Source: Candidatus Sumerlaeota bacterium (lineage in GTDB: Bacteria > Sumerlaeota > Sumerlaeia > UBA8349). From it: a stretch of DNA of 60,850 bases. Made by a program: the position numbers and the translations under genes. Of the stretch, positions 24,116 through 33,325 are shown piece after piece; the stretch's first letter is position 1; every line of letters begins with the position of its first letter. Below the pieces are notes generated by a model that saw only the letters and a program-made list of their open reading frames with translations, was not told where the DNA came from and searched no databases. The stretch is taken from positions 1 to 60,850 of the forward strand of contig JAFGFN010000089.1 in NCBI GenBank assembly GCA_016931035.1, read 5' to 3'.

Positions 24116-25036
24116 ATGAATTCGGTCGTCTCGATCGTCCTCGGCTCTTTCAACCGCCGCCGGTACTTGCGCGCGACGCTCGACAACGTGCGCTCGCACG
24201 ACGTCGGCGCGCCCTACGAGATCGTCGTGGTCGACGGCGGCTCGACCGACGGATCGCTTCGCTATCTCTCGCGCCAGAAGGACGTGATCACGATCGTTCA
24301 ACACAATCGCGGCGTGTGGCGCGGACAACCGATCGAAAGGCGCTCGTGGGGCTACTTCATGAATCTCGGTTTCCGGGCGGCGCAAGGCACCTACGTCTGC
24401 ATGATCAGCGACGACGCCCTTCTCGTGCCGGGCGCGATCCGCAATGGAATCGAGTTCTTCGAAGCGCGCCGCGCGGAAGGGCGCAACGTCGGATCGGTCG
24501 CCTTCTACTGGCGGAATTGGCCCTCGCCGGACCGGTATTTCGTGAGCAAAGCCTATGGGACGACGTTCGTGAACCACGGTCTGTTTATGAAAGAGGCGCT
24601 CGAGAACGTGGGATACATCGACGAGGAGGCGTTCCGGTTCTATTGCGCCGACGCCGACCTGTGCCTTCGGATGCGAGACAAGGGCTATGAGTGCCTGGAA
24701 TGCGAGGACGCCCACGTCGAACATCACTCCCATGCCAACCGCGCGGCGCGAGAATCGAACAAGACCCTGATGGACAACGATCGCGCGGCTTTCCTGGCCA
24801 GATGGTCGCACCTCGATCCGAAACTCCGCGAGTACGAACGGGTCCAGACTCTTCACTTTCACGACTTTCGCGACGCCGCCCGGACGGCGGACGTGTTTCG
24901 GAGAATCGACCGGTGGAATCTGACCGAGCGTCTTCTGCCATTGAAATACCGGCTGGGAGGCATCCTTCAGGTGCGAACCCGACTCGGCAAGATCAAGAGA
25001 TCGATCTCGGGCCAATCGCCGGGACAAGATCGCTAG
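24116..25036 (+). CDS. Glycosyltransferase family 2
   Basis: SIVLGSFNR, VVDGGSTDGS, MISDD, ADADLCLR. Confidence 0.88.
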   Translation: MNSVVSIVLGSFNRRRYLRATLDNVRSHDVGAPYEIVVVDGGSTDGSLRYLSRQKDVITIVQHNRGVWRGQPIERRSWGYFMNLGFRAAQGTYVCMISDDALLVPGAIRNGIEFFEARRAEGRNVGSVAFYWRNWPSPDRYFVSKAYGTTFVNHGLFMKEALENVGYIDEEAFRFYCADADLCLRMRDKGYECLECEDAHVEHHSHANRAARESNKTLMDNDRAAFLARWSHLDPKLREYERVQTLHFHDFRDAARTADVFRRIDRWNLTERLLPLKYRLGGILQVRTRLGKIKRSISGQSPGQDR

Positions 25037-25080
25037 GCGAAGGCGGCCGGCAGGTTCGTCTTGAGCAGGGGAACGCTGGT

Positions 25081-26247
25081 ATGACCAAACGCATCGGCAT
25101 GTTGCCCAATCCCTTTGCGTCCGACGAATGGTCGCGCAAGGGCAACCCTGTGCTCCCCTATCTGGCGGAGTCGATCCAGTCGCACGGCTGGGAGGTGGTG
25201 GCGGTCGATAGAGAAGAGGTTTTGCATCCCGAACGACTCGTCGAAAGGGATCTGAGGATCGTTCATCTTCACTGGCCCACGGCGATCTTCAATCCGCACA
25301 GCCGCGAGTTCCTCCGTTTCTCGATTCCGCCGGTCGTCTGGCGCTTTGTGCCGCCTCGCCTGTTCTGGCCGCTCTGGGCGTTCGAGGATCGATTCATCGA
25401 TTTCGGACGAGTCCGCGCGGAGATCGAGGGGTGGGCCCGCCGGTTCAGGGATTCCGGAATCGCATTAGTGTGGGAACTGCACGACCTCGGCTCGCACCAT
25501 CTCACACGCGTTTCAAAGGTTCGGGAAGCCGATGCACTGCTGCATCGCACCGTGTTCGATCTTGCCTGCGGCGTCGTATTCCACGAGGAGAGCTGCGCCG
25601 CGCCCGTGTTCGAAGAATACGGAGGGGAAAAACCATATGCCGTCGCCCGTTTGGGTGACTACAGACCGGTGTATGGCGCTGAAGTCGCGCCATCGGAAGC
25701 CCGGCAACGTCTCGGCATCAGAGGCAAGGGGACCGTCTTCGCCTTCGTCGGGACTCCCCGACCGAATCGCAACCCGGCCCTGCTCTGCGATGCCTTTCTT
25801 CGGGTGGCCGGTCCTGAGGACTCGCTGGTCCTGGCCGGAAACACGATAGACAGATATGTCTCGGGCGGCAGCCGCGATCCTCGAATCCGGCTCTTTACCG
25901 GACGGAGCCAACCGGCCGACCGGATCCGCGACGTGTTCTGCGCGGCCGACTTCGCGGTCAACCACGCGAAGAGATACTTGACGTCCGCCGTCGTTCGGGC
26001 GGCCCTGAGCTATGGAACGCCCCTCATCTCGTATCCCTTCGGATCGACCATCGACATGGCACGAGACGCGTTCGTTCCAATCGAGGACACCGAAAACGGC
26101 CTCGACGACGCCCTGCGGCGCGCCCTCGCAATGCCGCCCGACGGCCGCGCCGCCCTCGTTGTCGCGGCCCGGCAGAGAAACGCGGAGCGACAATGGCAAA
26201 ACATGGGCGTGGATTGTGTTGCCCTCTACGAGAAAATTCTCGGTTGA
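25081..26247 (+). CDS. GT-B fold glycosyltransferase (GT4-like, divergent)
   Basis: VHLHWP, VWELHDL, FAFVGTPRPNRN, YLTSAVVRAALSYGTPLI. Confidence 0.7.
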   Translation: MTKRIGMLPNPFASDEWSRKGNPVLPYLAESIQSHGWEVVAVDREEVLHPERLVERDLRIVHLHWPTAIFNPHSREFLRFSIPPVVWRFVPPRLFWPLWAFEDRFIDFGRVRAEIEGWARRFRDSGIALVWELHDLGSHHLTRVSKVREADALLHRTVFDLACGVVFHEESCAAPVFEEYGGEKPYAVARLGDYRPVYGAEVAPSEARQRLGIRGKGTVFAFVGTPRPNRNPALLCDAFLRVAGPEDSLVLAGNTIDRYVSGGSRDPRIRLFTGRSQPADRIRDVFCAADFAVNHAKRYLTSAVVRAALSYGTPLISYPFGSTIDMARDAFVPIEDTENGLDDALRRALAMPPDGRAALVVAARQRNAERQWQNMGVDCVALYEKILG

Positions 26248-26291
26248 GTGCGACCGCGGAAGAACGCGCGGAATCGATGACGCCGTCGGGA

Positions 26292-26384
26292 AACGACCCC
26301 GGGCGATTTCTGGAAAACGTCCGGCCCGAGGACTTCTCCCTGGCGGATTACGCCTGCGGCATCTATATTCTATCACGAACTTGA
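26292..26384 (+). pseudogene. Orphan 3' end of a DUF268-like gene (diverged copy of 27231-27323)
   Basis: NDPGRFLENVRPEDFSLADYACGIYILSRT* versus DDSGRFLENVRPEDYSLADYACGLYILSRV*. Confidence 0.8.
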
Positions 26385-26504
26385 CCGGCCACGCCGAAAG
26401 GCCGACTGCACCCTCGTACGACCCGCACCGTAAACGGCTGTCCGGATCTGAAGATGTCTCGGACCGAAACAAGAGCGCTTGACCGCTAAGGAGCGTACGA
26501 CCGA

Positions 26505-27323
26505 ATGCAGGACGGATTGCGGGAGTGGGCCAAACAATACGGGTGGGCGAGGCGAGGCTATGCCGCGTGGCGAGCGGCGAGAACGACGTGGCGTCGGTGG
26601 CGAGCCACGCTGTTCCGCGCTCCGTCCGTTCTCGCCTGGCCGGTTCAGATCCTGCGCTACGCGATCGACTGGCGACGCTACCGGCGTCTTCCGGGAACCC
26701 AAGTCCCTCGCTTGCGGGACAGCCACCCGTGCCTGTTCGAACGTTCGTCGACCACACCCGTTGACAGCCATTATTTCTACCAGGGTCTGTGGGCACTGCG
26801 GCGCATCCTCGACCGCCGTCCGGACAAACACACGGACGTTGGGTCGGAGAATCGCTGGGTGGGGTGGCTGACCGTCTTCGTCCCCGTCACCTCGATCGAC
26901 ATCCGTCCCTTGCCCGTCGAGATAGAGAATCTCGAGTGCCGCAGGGGGAGCGTTCTCGAACTCCCCTTCGAAGACCGCTCGATCGATTCGCTCTCATGTC
27001 TTCACGTGGTCGAACACGTCGGCCTGGGTCGCTACGGCGATCCTCTCGATCCGCGCGGGACGGAAAAAGCCTGCCGCGAGCTGGCGCGTGTCGTGGCTCC
27101 AGGCGGAAAACTCTATCTCTCGCTCCCCGTCGGCCGTCAACGTGTTTGTTTCAACGCCCACCGCGTGACCGATCCCTCGCGAGTTCCCGAACTCTGCCCG
27201 GGACTCACTCTCGAAGAGTTCTCCGTTATCGACGATTCCGGGCGATTCCTGGAGAATGTTCGACCCGAGGATTATTCGCTGGCGGATTACGCCTGCGGCC
27301 TCTATATTCTTTCGCGAGTATGA
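26505..27323 (+). CDS. DUF268-like SAM-dependent methyltransferase
   Basis: DSHYFYQGLWA, HTDVGS, IDIRPL, SCLHVVEHVGLGRYGDPLDP, VCFNAHRV. Confidence 0.85.
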   Translation: MQDGLREWAKQYGWARRGYAAWRAARTTWRRWRATLFRAPSVLAWPVQILRYAIDWRRYRRLPGTQVPRLRDSHPCLFERSSTTPVDSHYFYQGLWALRRILDRRPDKHTDVGSENRWVGWLTVFVPVTSIDIRPLPVEIENLECRRGSVLELPFEDRSIDSLSCLHVVEHVGLGRYGDPLDPRGTEKACRELARVVAPGGKLYLSLPVGRQRVCFNAHRVTDPSRVPELCPGLTLEEFSVIDDSGRFLENVRPEDYSLADYACGLYILSRV

Positions 27324-27334
27324 TCTGCTACTAA

Positions 27335-27586
27335 TCGCTGGCCAACGTTTTTCGCGTTGCGAAAAACCAGGTGATCCTGATGGAGAACTGGTCGCGCCAG
27401 AACTTCATGCCCGACATTCTCCACCTGTTCGAGCAGAAGCGACTGCCTTGGGAACGGCTCTTTCTCTACTACCGCGAGTCCGAGGAATTCATGAAGCCGC
27501 ATCTCCTCGTCGCGTCGGCTTGCGAGCTGCCCCAGTATCCCCCGCTCACCGACTACGCGACCCTTACGGATCACGTCCCGAATTGA
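27335..27586 (+). pseudogene. Probable 3' remnant of a methyltransferase gene
   Basis: After a TAA the frame reads SLANVFRVAKNQVILMENWSRQNF..., resembling the C-terminal strands of a class I methyltransferase; no SAM motif and no convincing start. Confidence 0.45.
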
Positions 27587-27604
27587 GACGACCCTCCCAG
27601 CGCG

Positions 27605-29431
27605 CTACCACGGCACGGCGTAGCTGGGGCGATGCGCGTAGCGCTCGAGTTCGATCCTAAGCCGAATCTGAGACCCGGGCGCGAGGCGAACCAGAAGGCG
27701 TTTGTCGCCGATCTCGACCCGCGTCCCCTCTTTGCCATCGCCATCGATCGCCGAGGCGCTGACAAACCGATGTTCGCCGAACGCGCCCGCCTGAGTCACG
27801 ACGTCCCGGCTCTCGCGCGAGTCGGTGTTCGCCAGGCAGAGCGCGATCGAGTCCGAATCGACCCGTTCGACGAGCGCCGCCACACCCTCGGGCAGGCCGG
27901 GTCGTCGATTCGCGGGATCGAAATGGCGGACCTGGGCGAACACCAGCCCGCCGTGGTAGAGCATGTCCGAGCCCCATGTCAGCTGGGCCAGTCCCCCCGT
28001 AACGACCGGATTGCGTTGCTGCCAGTGGTGGCAATCCCAGGTTTCCGGGTCGGGATTGTCGGCATCGCTCAGATCCAGACGCCGCCGAATCTCGCGTTCC
28101 GTGTCGTCGAGTATCCTCTCCGGGTGCGAGGGGTTGCGCCCTTCGAGATAAGCGAGCCACGGAGCGGGATTCGCCCAGACGGCGCATTTCCCTCCGAGGC
28201 GCGTTCCCTCCTCGGGCCATCTCTCGCGATCCGAGGCTCTCTCCAAACGCCTCCAGTCCTCTTCGCTTCGCGACACGTGATAGAGGTAGAAATAGAGACC
28301 GGAATTCGGTTTCCGGTAGTCGAACCATCCTGCGTCGCCGTAGCGATACGGAATCTGGAACTCGCCGTCGATCGTCTTGCCTTGTTCCCAGATCCGATCG
28401 AGCTGCGAACGCGGCAAATCGAGATGAGACAAGTCTCCCGTCAGCAAGACGGCGTTCGACGCGGCGATAAGGCTCGCCTCGACGATGGTCCGCCACCCGT
28501 GCGACCATCGGTATCCGTAGTACCCACCCCACCACTTGCCGTCGTTGTATTCGCCGATCTTGCCCGAGAGTCCCACGTTGTCGGGCAGGAGCCCCCCGTT
28601 CTCCTGGGCGCGCCGCCGCCAAGCGTCGAGATACTCGAGCACCCATTCGCGATACTTCTCCTCGCCCGTGTAGAGAAAGGCATGGGTCGCGAGGCTGGTC
28701 GCCGCGAGGTTGAGCGGCACGTCGCCCCGGGTCATGCGCCGGTTGATGAGCGGGAGAATCTGGGCGAACACCTTGTCGTCGGTCCACGCCAGCTTCGTCA
28801 AGGGCGCCTCGACGGTCGGGTATCCGGGAACATCCTCAAAGGGCGCCAGGTACATGTCGTAGACCCAGCGATGGGTCGACCAGTCTTCGGCCGTGGTCTC
28901 GAAGCGCGGACCGCGGCTCCCGTTCAGAGGCGAGCGGATCATCTTGAGTCGTGCGTCCCAGTTCCGGGCCTCCGGATTTTCCCCCATGTACATCCCGGCG
29001 AACCGAGTTGCCCGGCGACGAAACTCGGCGTCGTTCGGATCGCACAAGCCGAGATAATAGAGCAACAGGCTGCTCTCGCCGTGGTGCATCCAGTCGTAGT
29101 GCGCATCGAATTCGTTGTGCACCTGGCCGTAGCGGGTGAACTGACGCGTGACGGTTTCCCACATCTCGCGCCCGAGACCGTGGACGCGCTTCCCTCCCCC
29201 GAGAGCGTAGAACAGCGGGAACCCGGCGAATCCTTCGTAGCCGTCGTCCGACCCGTCTATCCCGGGCCACTCGCGCCGCCACACCAGATCGCCGTCCGGC
29301 CCCACGTAGCGCTCGACGAACCGGGTTGCCAGATCGTTCATCCGGTCGATCAGGGAGCGTTGCTTCAACGCCCACGGCGCGGGCGCCGCCGCGCGATCCG
29401 TCGATTCGATTTGTCTCACATCGTTTTCCAT
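27605..29431 (-). CDS. Conserved hypothetical protein (608 aa), possibly a helical-barrel carbohydrate-active enzyme
   Basis: Long ORF with host-like codon use; Trp/Tyr/acid-rich motifs DGSDDGYE, YDWMHHGE, PDNVG, WWGGYYG, RRPGLP, QAGAFGEH. Confidence 0.7.
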   Translation of the reverse strand: MENDVRQIESTDRAAAPAPWALKQRSLIDRMNDLATRFVERYVGPDGDLVWRREWPGIDGSDDGYEGFAGFPLFYALGGGKRVHGLGREMWETVTRQFTRYGQVHNEFDAHYDWMHHGESSLLLYYLGLCDPNDAEFRRRATRFAGMYMGENPEARNWDARLKMIRSPLNGSRGPRFETTAEDWSTHRWVYDMYLAPFEDVPGYPTVEAPLTKLAWTDDKVFAQILPLINRRMTRGDVPLNLAATSLATHAFLYTGEEKYREWVLEYLDAWRRRAQENGGLLPDNVGLSGKIGEYNDGKWWGGYYGYRWSHGWRTIVEASLIAASNAVLLTGDLSHLDLPRSQLDRIWEQGKTIDGEFQIPYRYGDAGWFDYRKPNSGLYFYLYHVSRSEEDWRRLERASDRERWPEEGTRLGGKCAVWANPAPWLAYLEGRNPSHPERILDDTEREIRRRLDLSDADNPDPETWDCHHWQQRNPVVTGGLAQLTWGSDMLYHGGLVFAQVRHFDPANRRPGLPEGVAALVERVDSDSIALCLANTDSRESRDVVTQAGAFGEHRFVSASAIDGDGKEGTRVEIGDKRLLVRLAPGSQIRLRIELERYAHRPSYAVPW

Positions 29432-29510
29432 GCTCGTCGCGAACCCCTCTCTCCCTTATCCGGCGCGAAGTCGCTCCATCTAAGCAGAGTCGTCGAGAAT
29501 GCGAAACAGG

Positions 29511-29536
29511 GAAATGGACTCCGGAAATGGACTCCG
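29511..29536 (+). repeat. Perfect 13-bp tandem repeat in a divergent promoter region
   Basis: gaaatggactccg x2. Confidence 0.8.
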
Positions 29537-29552
29537 GGAAGGGGATTCCTTC

Positions 29553-29581
29553 TGGACCAATCCGTGCCGACGACATACAAT
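29553..29581 (+). promoter_or_regulatory. Putative promoter of the pectate lyase gene
   Basis: TGGACC-17 bp-TACAAT. Confidence 0.4.
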
Positions 29582-29644
29582 GAGGTCACGTTTTGAAGTC
29601 CGGAGACACCCGTGCCCAGAAGGTCCGGGTGCGAAAGGTGTTGG

Positions 29645-31306
29645 ATGATCCGCCGTACAAAGTTCGCCAGTCTGGCAGTCCTTGCCGCGCTGATTCTCGT
29701 CGTTCATTCGTCCGATTCGATTGCCCAAATCCCCGCCTTCCCAGGGGCCGAGGGATTCGGCGCGGATTCGCTCGGCGGACGAGGCGGCACGCTTTACGAA
29801 GTCACCAACCTCAACGACAGCGGGACGGGATCGTTGCGCGCCGCGGTTCAGGCTTCGGGTCCGCGCATCGTCGTGTTCCGCGTGTCCGGGACGATTATCC
29901 TTCAGTCGCGCCTGGACATCCAGAATCCCTACATCACCATCGCCGGACAGACGGCCCCAGGCGACGGCATCGCGGTGCGCGACCGCGGCATTGTCGTGAA
30001 GGCCAGCCACGTCGTCGTCCGCTTCATTCGTTCGCGCCTTGGAGACGCACGGTCGGATCAGGAAGACGACGCGATTTGGATTTCCGTCGGGAACCACGTG
30101 ATCTTCGATCATTGCTCGGCCAGCTGGTCGGTCGACGAGACGTTCTCGTGCTCCTCGGGCGAGAATACGCTCAAGAACGTGACCGTGCAGTGGTGCTTGA
30201 TCACCGAGAGCCTCAACAATTCGATTCACGACAAGGGCGCGCACGGTTACGGTTCTTTGATCCGCGGCTCGTACGGCGCGGCCTACACCTATCACCACAA
30301 CTACTATTGCCATCATCGCGGACGGAGCCCCCGACCGGGCAACTACAACTCCATCTCGATCGACCCCCAAGGGCTGCTCTTCAATTTCCGCAACAACGTC
30401 ATCTGCAACTGGGGCGGCTCGTACGCGGGCTACAACGCCGACTCGGATTCCGTTCTCAAGATGAACTACGTCGGCAATTACCTCAAACTCGGGGTCAACT
30501 CTACCCTGGGACACGCTTTCCGCGAGGAATCGGTCAACGACCAGGGGTACTTCACCGGCAACTACTACGACGGCGCCTATCCCGCCGACTCGTACACGCT
30601 CGTCCGGTTCCCTACGAGCTGGACCGCGCAGAAAATCGCCGACTATCAGAACACGCCCGAGTTTGCCGTCGAATCGGTTCAGACCGACGACGCCCTGGCC
30701 GCCTACGACCGCGTCCTCGATTTTGCCGGCGCGGTCTTCCCGAACCGCGACTCGGCCGACGACCGCCTTCTCGCCGACGTGGTCGACGGCACGGGCCAAA
30801 TCATCGACACGCCCACCCAAGTCGGCGGTTGGCCCACTCTCAATTCCACAACCCCTCCCACAGACGACGACCACGACGGAATGGCCGACGACTGGGAAAC
30901 GACCCACGGCCTCAACTCGGGCGATCCCGCCGACGGCAACCTCGACCGCAACGGCGACGGATACACGAACGTCGAGGAATATCTCAACTGGCTGGTCCGC
31001 CCGACGGTCTCCATCGCCGTTCTGGACGACTCGGCGTCGGAGAGTGGCGACACCGCTTCCTTCATCGTCACCCGGACGGGGTACGCGAACCTCCCCCTCG
31101 AGGTGAATCTGGCCGCGTCGGGCACGGCGACAGCCGGAACGGACTACGAAGCGTTCTCCCCGCCGTTCGCGACGATCCCTATCGGCGCGCTCCAGACCAC
31201 CGTGACCATCGTCCCCATCGCCGACCGGTCGGCCGAGCCGACGGAGACGATCGTCCTCGGCGTTGGTCCTTCGGACGACGAGTATCGTCTGGGAACGCCG
31301 GTCTAG
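29645..31306 (+). CDS. Secreted pectate lyase (PL1) with Calx-beta-like domain; frame continues past TAG to 31369
   Basis: Signal peptide, PAFPGAEGFG, GGRGG, VTNLNDSGTGSLR, IAGQTAPGDG, DHCSASWSVDE, RSPR, DHDGMADDWE, then Calx-beta-like ASESG...SGTATAGTDY. Confidence 0.88.
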   Translation: MIRRTKFASLAVLAALILVVHSSDSIAQIPAFPGAEGFGADSLGGRGGTLYEVTNLNDSGTGSLRAAVQASGPRIVVFRVSGTIILQSRLDIQNPYITIAGQTAPGDGIAVRDRGIVVKASHVVVRFIRSRLGDARSDQEDDAIWISVGNHVIFDHCSASWSVDETFSCSSGENTLKNVTVQWCLITESLNNSIHDKGAHGYGSLIRGSYGAAYTYHHNYYCHHRGRSPRPGNYNSISIDPQGLLFNFRNNVICNWGGSYAGYNADSDSVLKMNYVGNYLKLGVNSTLGHAFREESVNDQGYFTGNYYDGAYPADSYTLVRFPTSWTAQKIADYQNTPEFAVESVQTDDALAAYDRVLDFAGAVFPNRDSADDRLLADVVDGTGQIIDTPTQVGGWPTLNSTTPPTDDDHDGMADDWETTHGLNSGDPADGNLDRNGDGYTNVEEYLNWLVRPTVSIAVLDDSASESGDTASFIVTRTGYANLPLEVNLAASGTATAGTDYEAFSPPFATIPIGALQTTVTIVPIADRSAEPTETIVLGVGPSDDEYRLGTPV

Positions 31307-31563
31307 GCGTCCGCCGACTTGTTCGACGGCCCGCCCCCCACCTCCGCCCGCGAGTGGACGTTGTATTAGCGGTCCGTCGCGACAGGGTGAACAGACCCCT
31401 CTTTCTGAGATTCCGAGACGATCCGCGTTGGCCGTTTCGTCACGGGGGTTTTCTCTTGACGTTTTGGGGCGCTTCGTCTAATTGTTGCTGTCTTTGTAGT
31501 CGCGTCGGACGCTTGCAGGACGGCGTCCCATCGCCCGTAAACTCAGAAGGGATAACGATTTCC

Positions 31564-31842
31564 ATGCCAAACGTGAAATCCGCCAAGAAGCGCGTCAAGA
31601 CCAACGAGAGGCGCCAAGTGCGCAACTCGGCCGCGCGATCGCAGTTCCGCACGGCCTTGAAGAAGGTCAATAAGGCCCTGGAATCTGAGGATGCCCAGGG
31701 CGTCGAGGCCGCCCTGCCCGGAGCGCTCCGGTTGATCGGCCGCAGCTCGCGCAAGGGCATCATCCACCGCAACAAGGCCGCGCGGCAGGAATCGCGCCTC
31801 GTGCGCAAGGTCAACGCCCTCAAAGCGGGAAAAACCGAGTAG
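31564..31842 (+). CDS. rpsT: 30S ribosomal protein S20
   Basis: MPNVKSAKKRVKTNERRQVRN...KGIIHRNKAARQESRL. Confidence 0.95.
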   Translation: MPNVKSAKKRVKTNERRQVRNSAARSQFRTALKKVNKALESEDAQGVEAALPGALRLIGRSSRKGIIHRNKAARQESRLVRKVNALKAGKTE

Positions 31843-31849
31843 GCAGGCC

Positions 31850-31970
31850 GGAGGCTTGAGACCGGAGGCTGTAGGGAACACTCGCGACAGCCTGTTGCCT
31901 GAAGTCTCAAGTCCACAGTCTGCAGATTGACGCCTGAACCTACGGCCTACAGCCTAACGCCTCCAGCCTG
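31850..31970. repeat. Degenerate ~7-mer repeat tract in inverted arrangement
   Basis: ggaggctt/ggaggctgtagg on the left and cctacggcctacagcctaacgcctccagcct on the right. Confidence 0.5.
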
Positions 31971-31986
31971 AAAAAAGGAGTTTTCG

Positions 31987-32814
31987 ATGTCCGCTCTCAA
32001 CGAATTCTCACTCCAAGGCAAACGCGCCTTCATCACGGGTGGAGCGGGCGTCTTGTGTCAGGCCCTCGCTAGGGGGTTCGCTCAGGCCGGGGCCGAGGTG
32101 GTCCTGGCCGACTTGCGCGAGGACGCCGCCGAAGCCGCGGCCGAGGCGCTTCGCAAGGAAGGGTTCAAGGCGTCGAGCGTCGGGATGAACGTCCTCGAGA
32201 TGGAATCGATCCAGAAGGGCGTCGATGCCATGGAGAAACTCGGCGGGATCGACATCCTCGTCAACGGCGCCGGCGGGAACCAGAAGCAGGCCACGACGTC
32301 GCCCGATCTCTCGTTCTTCGACCTCCCGCTCGATGCCCTGCGCCGCGTCATCGACCTCAATCTTTTCGGCGGCGCGATCCTCACCTCCCAGGCGTTTGGA
32401 CGCGAAATGGTCAAGAAGCCCGAGGGCGGCGTCATTCTCAACATCTCGTCGATGAACGCCCTGCGCCCCCTGACCCGGATTCCCGGCTACTCGGCGGCGA
32501 AGGCGGCGGTGAGCAACTTCACGCAGTGGCTTTCGACGCATCTCGCGCAGGAATACAACACCAAGCTCCGCGTCAACGCCATCGCGCCCGGCTTTTTCCT
32601 CACCGACCAGAACCGTTTCCTCCTGACCGACGAGAAGACGGGCGAGCTCACGGCGCGCGGCAAGACGATCATGGCCCACACCCCGATGGGCCGGTTCGGC
32701 TCGGACGAGGACCTTGTCGGCACGGCGATTTGGCTGTGCAGCGACGCGAGTCGCTTCGTCACGGGGATCGTCGTCCCGGTGGACGGCGGCTTCAGCGCGT
32801 TTTCGGGAGTCTAA
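31987..32814 (+). CDS. uxuB: SDR oxidoreductase, D-mannonate oxidoreductase type
   Basis: ITGGAGVLC, NGAGGN, SFFDLP, RPLTRIPGYSAAKAAVSNFTQWL, TPMGRFG, VDGGFSAFSGV; AAGGAG RBS. Confidence 0.8.
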   Translation: MSALNEFSLQGKRAFITGGAGVLCQALARGFAQAGAEVVLADLREDAAEAAAEALRKEGFKASSVGMNVLEMESIQKGVDAMEKLGGIDILVNGAGGNQKQATTSPDLSFFDLPLDALRRVIDLNLFGGAILTSQAFGREMVKKPEGGVILNISSMNALRPLTRIPGYSAAKAAVSNFTQWLSTHLAQEYNTKLRVNAIAPGFFLTDQNRFLLTDEKTGELTARGKTIMAHTPMGRFGSDEDLVGTAIWLCSDASRFVTGIVVPVDGGFSAFSGV

Positions 32815-33083
32815 GGATAAACGCGCCTCACGGTGCTCACTACGAACGTTTGTAGTTAGCCCCGTCAGGGGCGTTCCGAAGTAACTCACCCATCCGACCC
32901 CGTGGCATCGCCTAACCCGATCCGCGGGGTCTTCTCTTTCCCCAACGCTCTTCAATCGCGCTCGCGATCGTGCGCGTAATCGTAATCGACCTCATGTTCT
33001 TCATGCGGCGCGATGCTCTTCATCGGCCCCGATGCTTTTCATCGGTCCTCAGGTTCGTAATCGCCAACCCAGAAACGGCTTTG

Positions 33084-33146
33084 TTTGACAGGATTACAGG
33101 ATCCACAGGATATCGCGAATCTCGTTTATCCTGTAATCCTGTCAAA
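33084..33146. repeat. Perfect 19-bp inverted repeat
   Basis: tttgacaggattacaggat (33084-33102) / atcctgtaatcctgtcaaa (33128-33146). Confidence 0.85.
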
Positions 33147-33325
33147 GACTCTTCCGATTGGTTCCACATAGCTCAGTTGTTTGGCCTTGACACCTCAGAA
33201 CTCCGGGTTGCATCCTATCCATGCGGCTAAACCTTGGTCAGCGTTCGCGAACAACGTCGGAGAGACTCCTTGGACCCGACGATGAGCGAACAACGATGCC
33301 CGCACCCTCGTTCTGGAGCGAAACA

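Noticed and set aside
29593-31842. 749-aa ORF ending in S20
   Set aside because: Off-frame extension over the pectate lyase; rpsT starts at 31564.
32820-33300. Possible integron attC site before the FRG gene
   Set aside because: No complementary RYYYAAC/GTTRRRY pair with L boxes, and no integrase.
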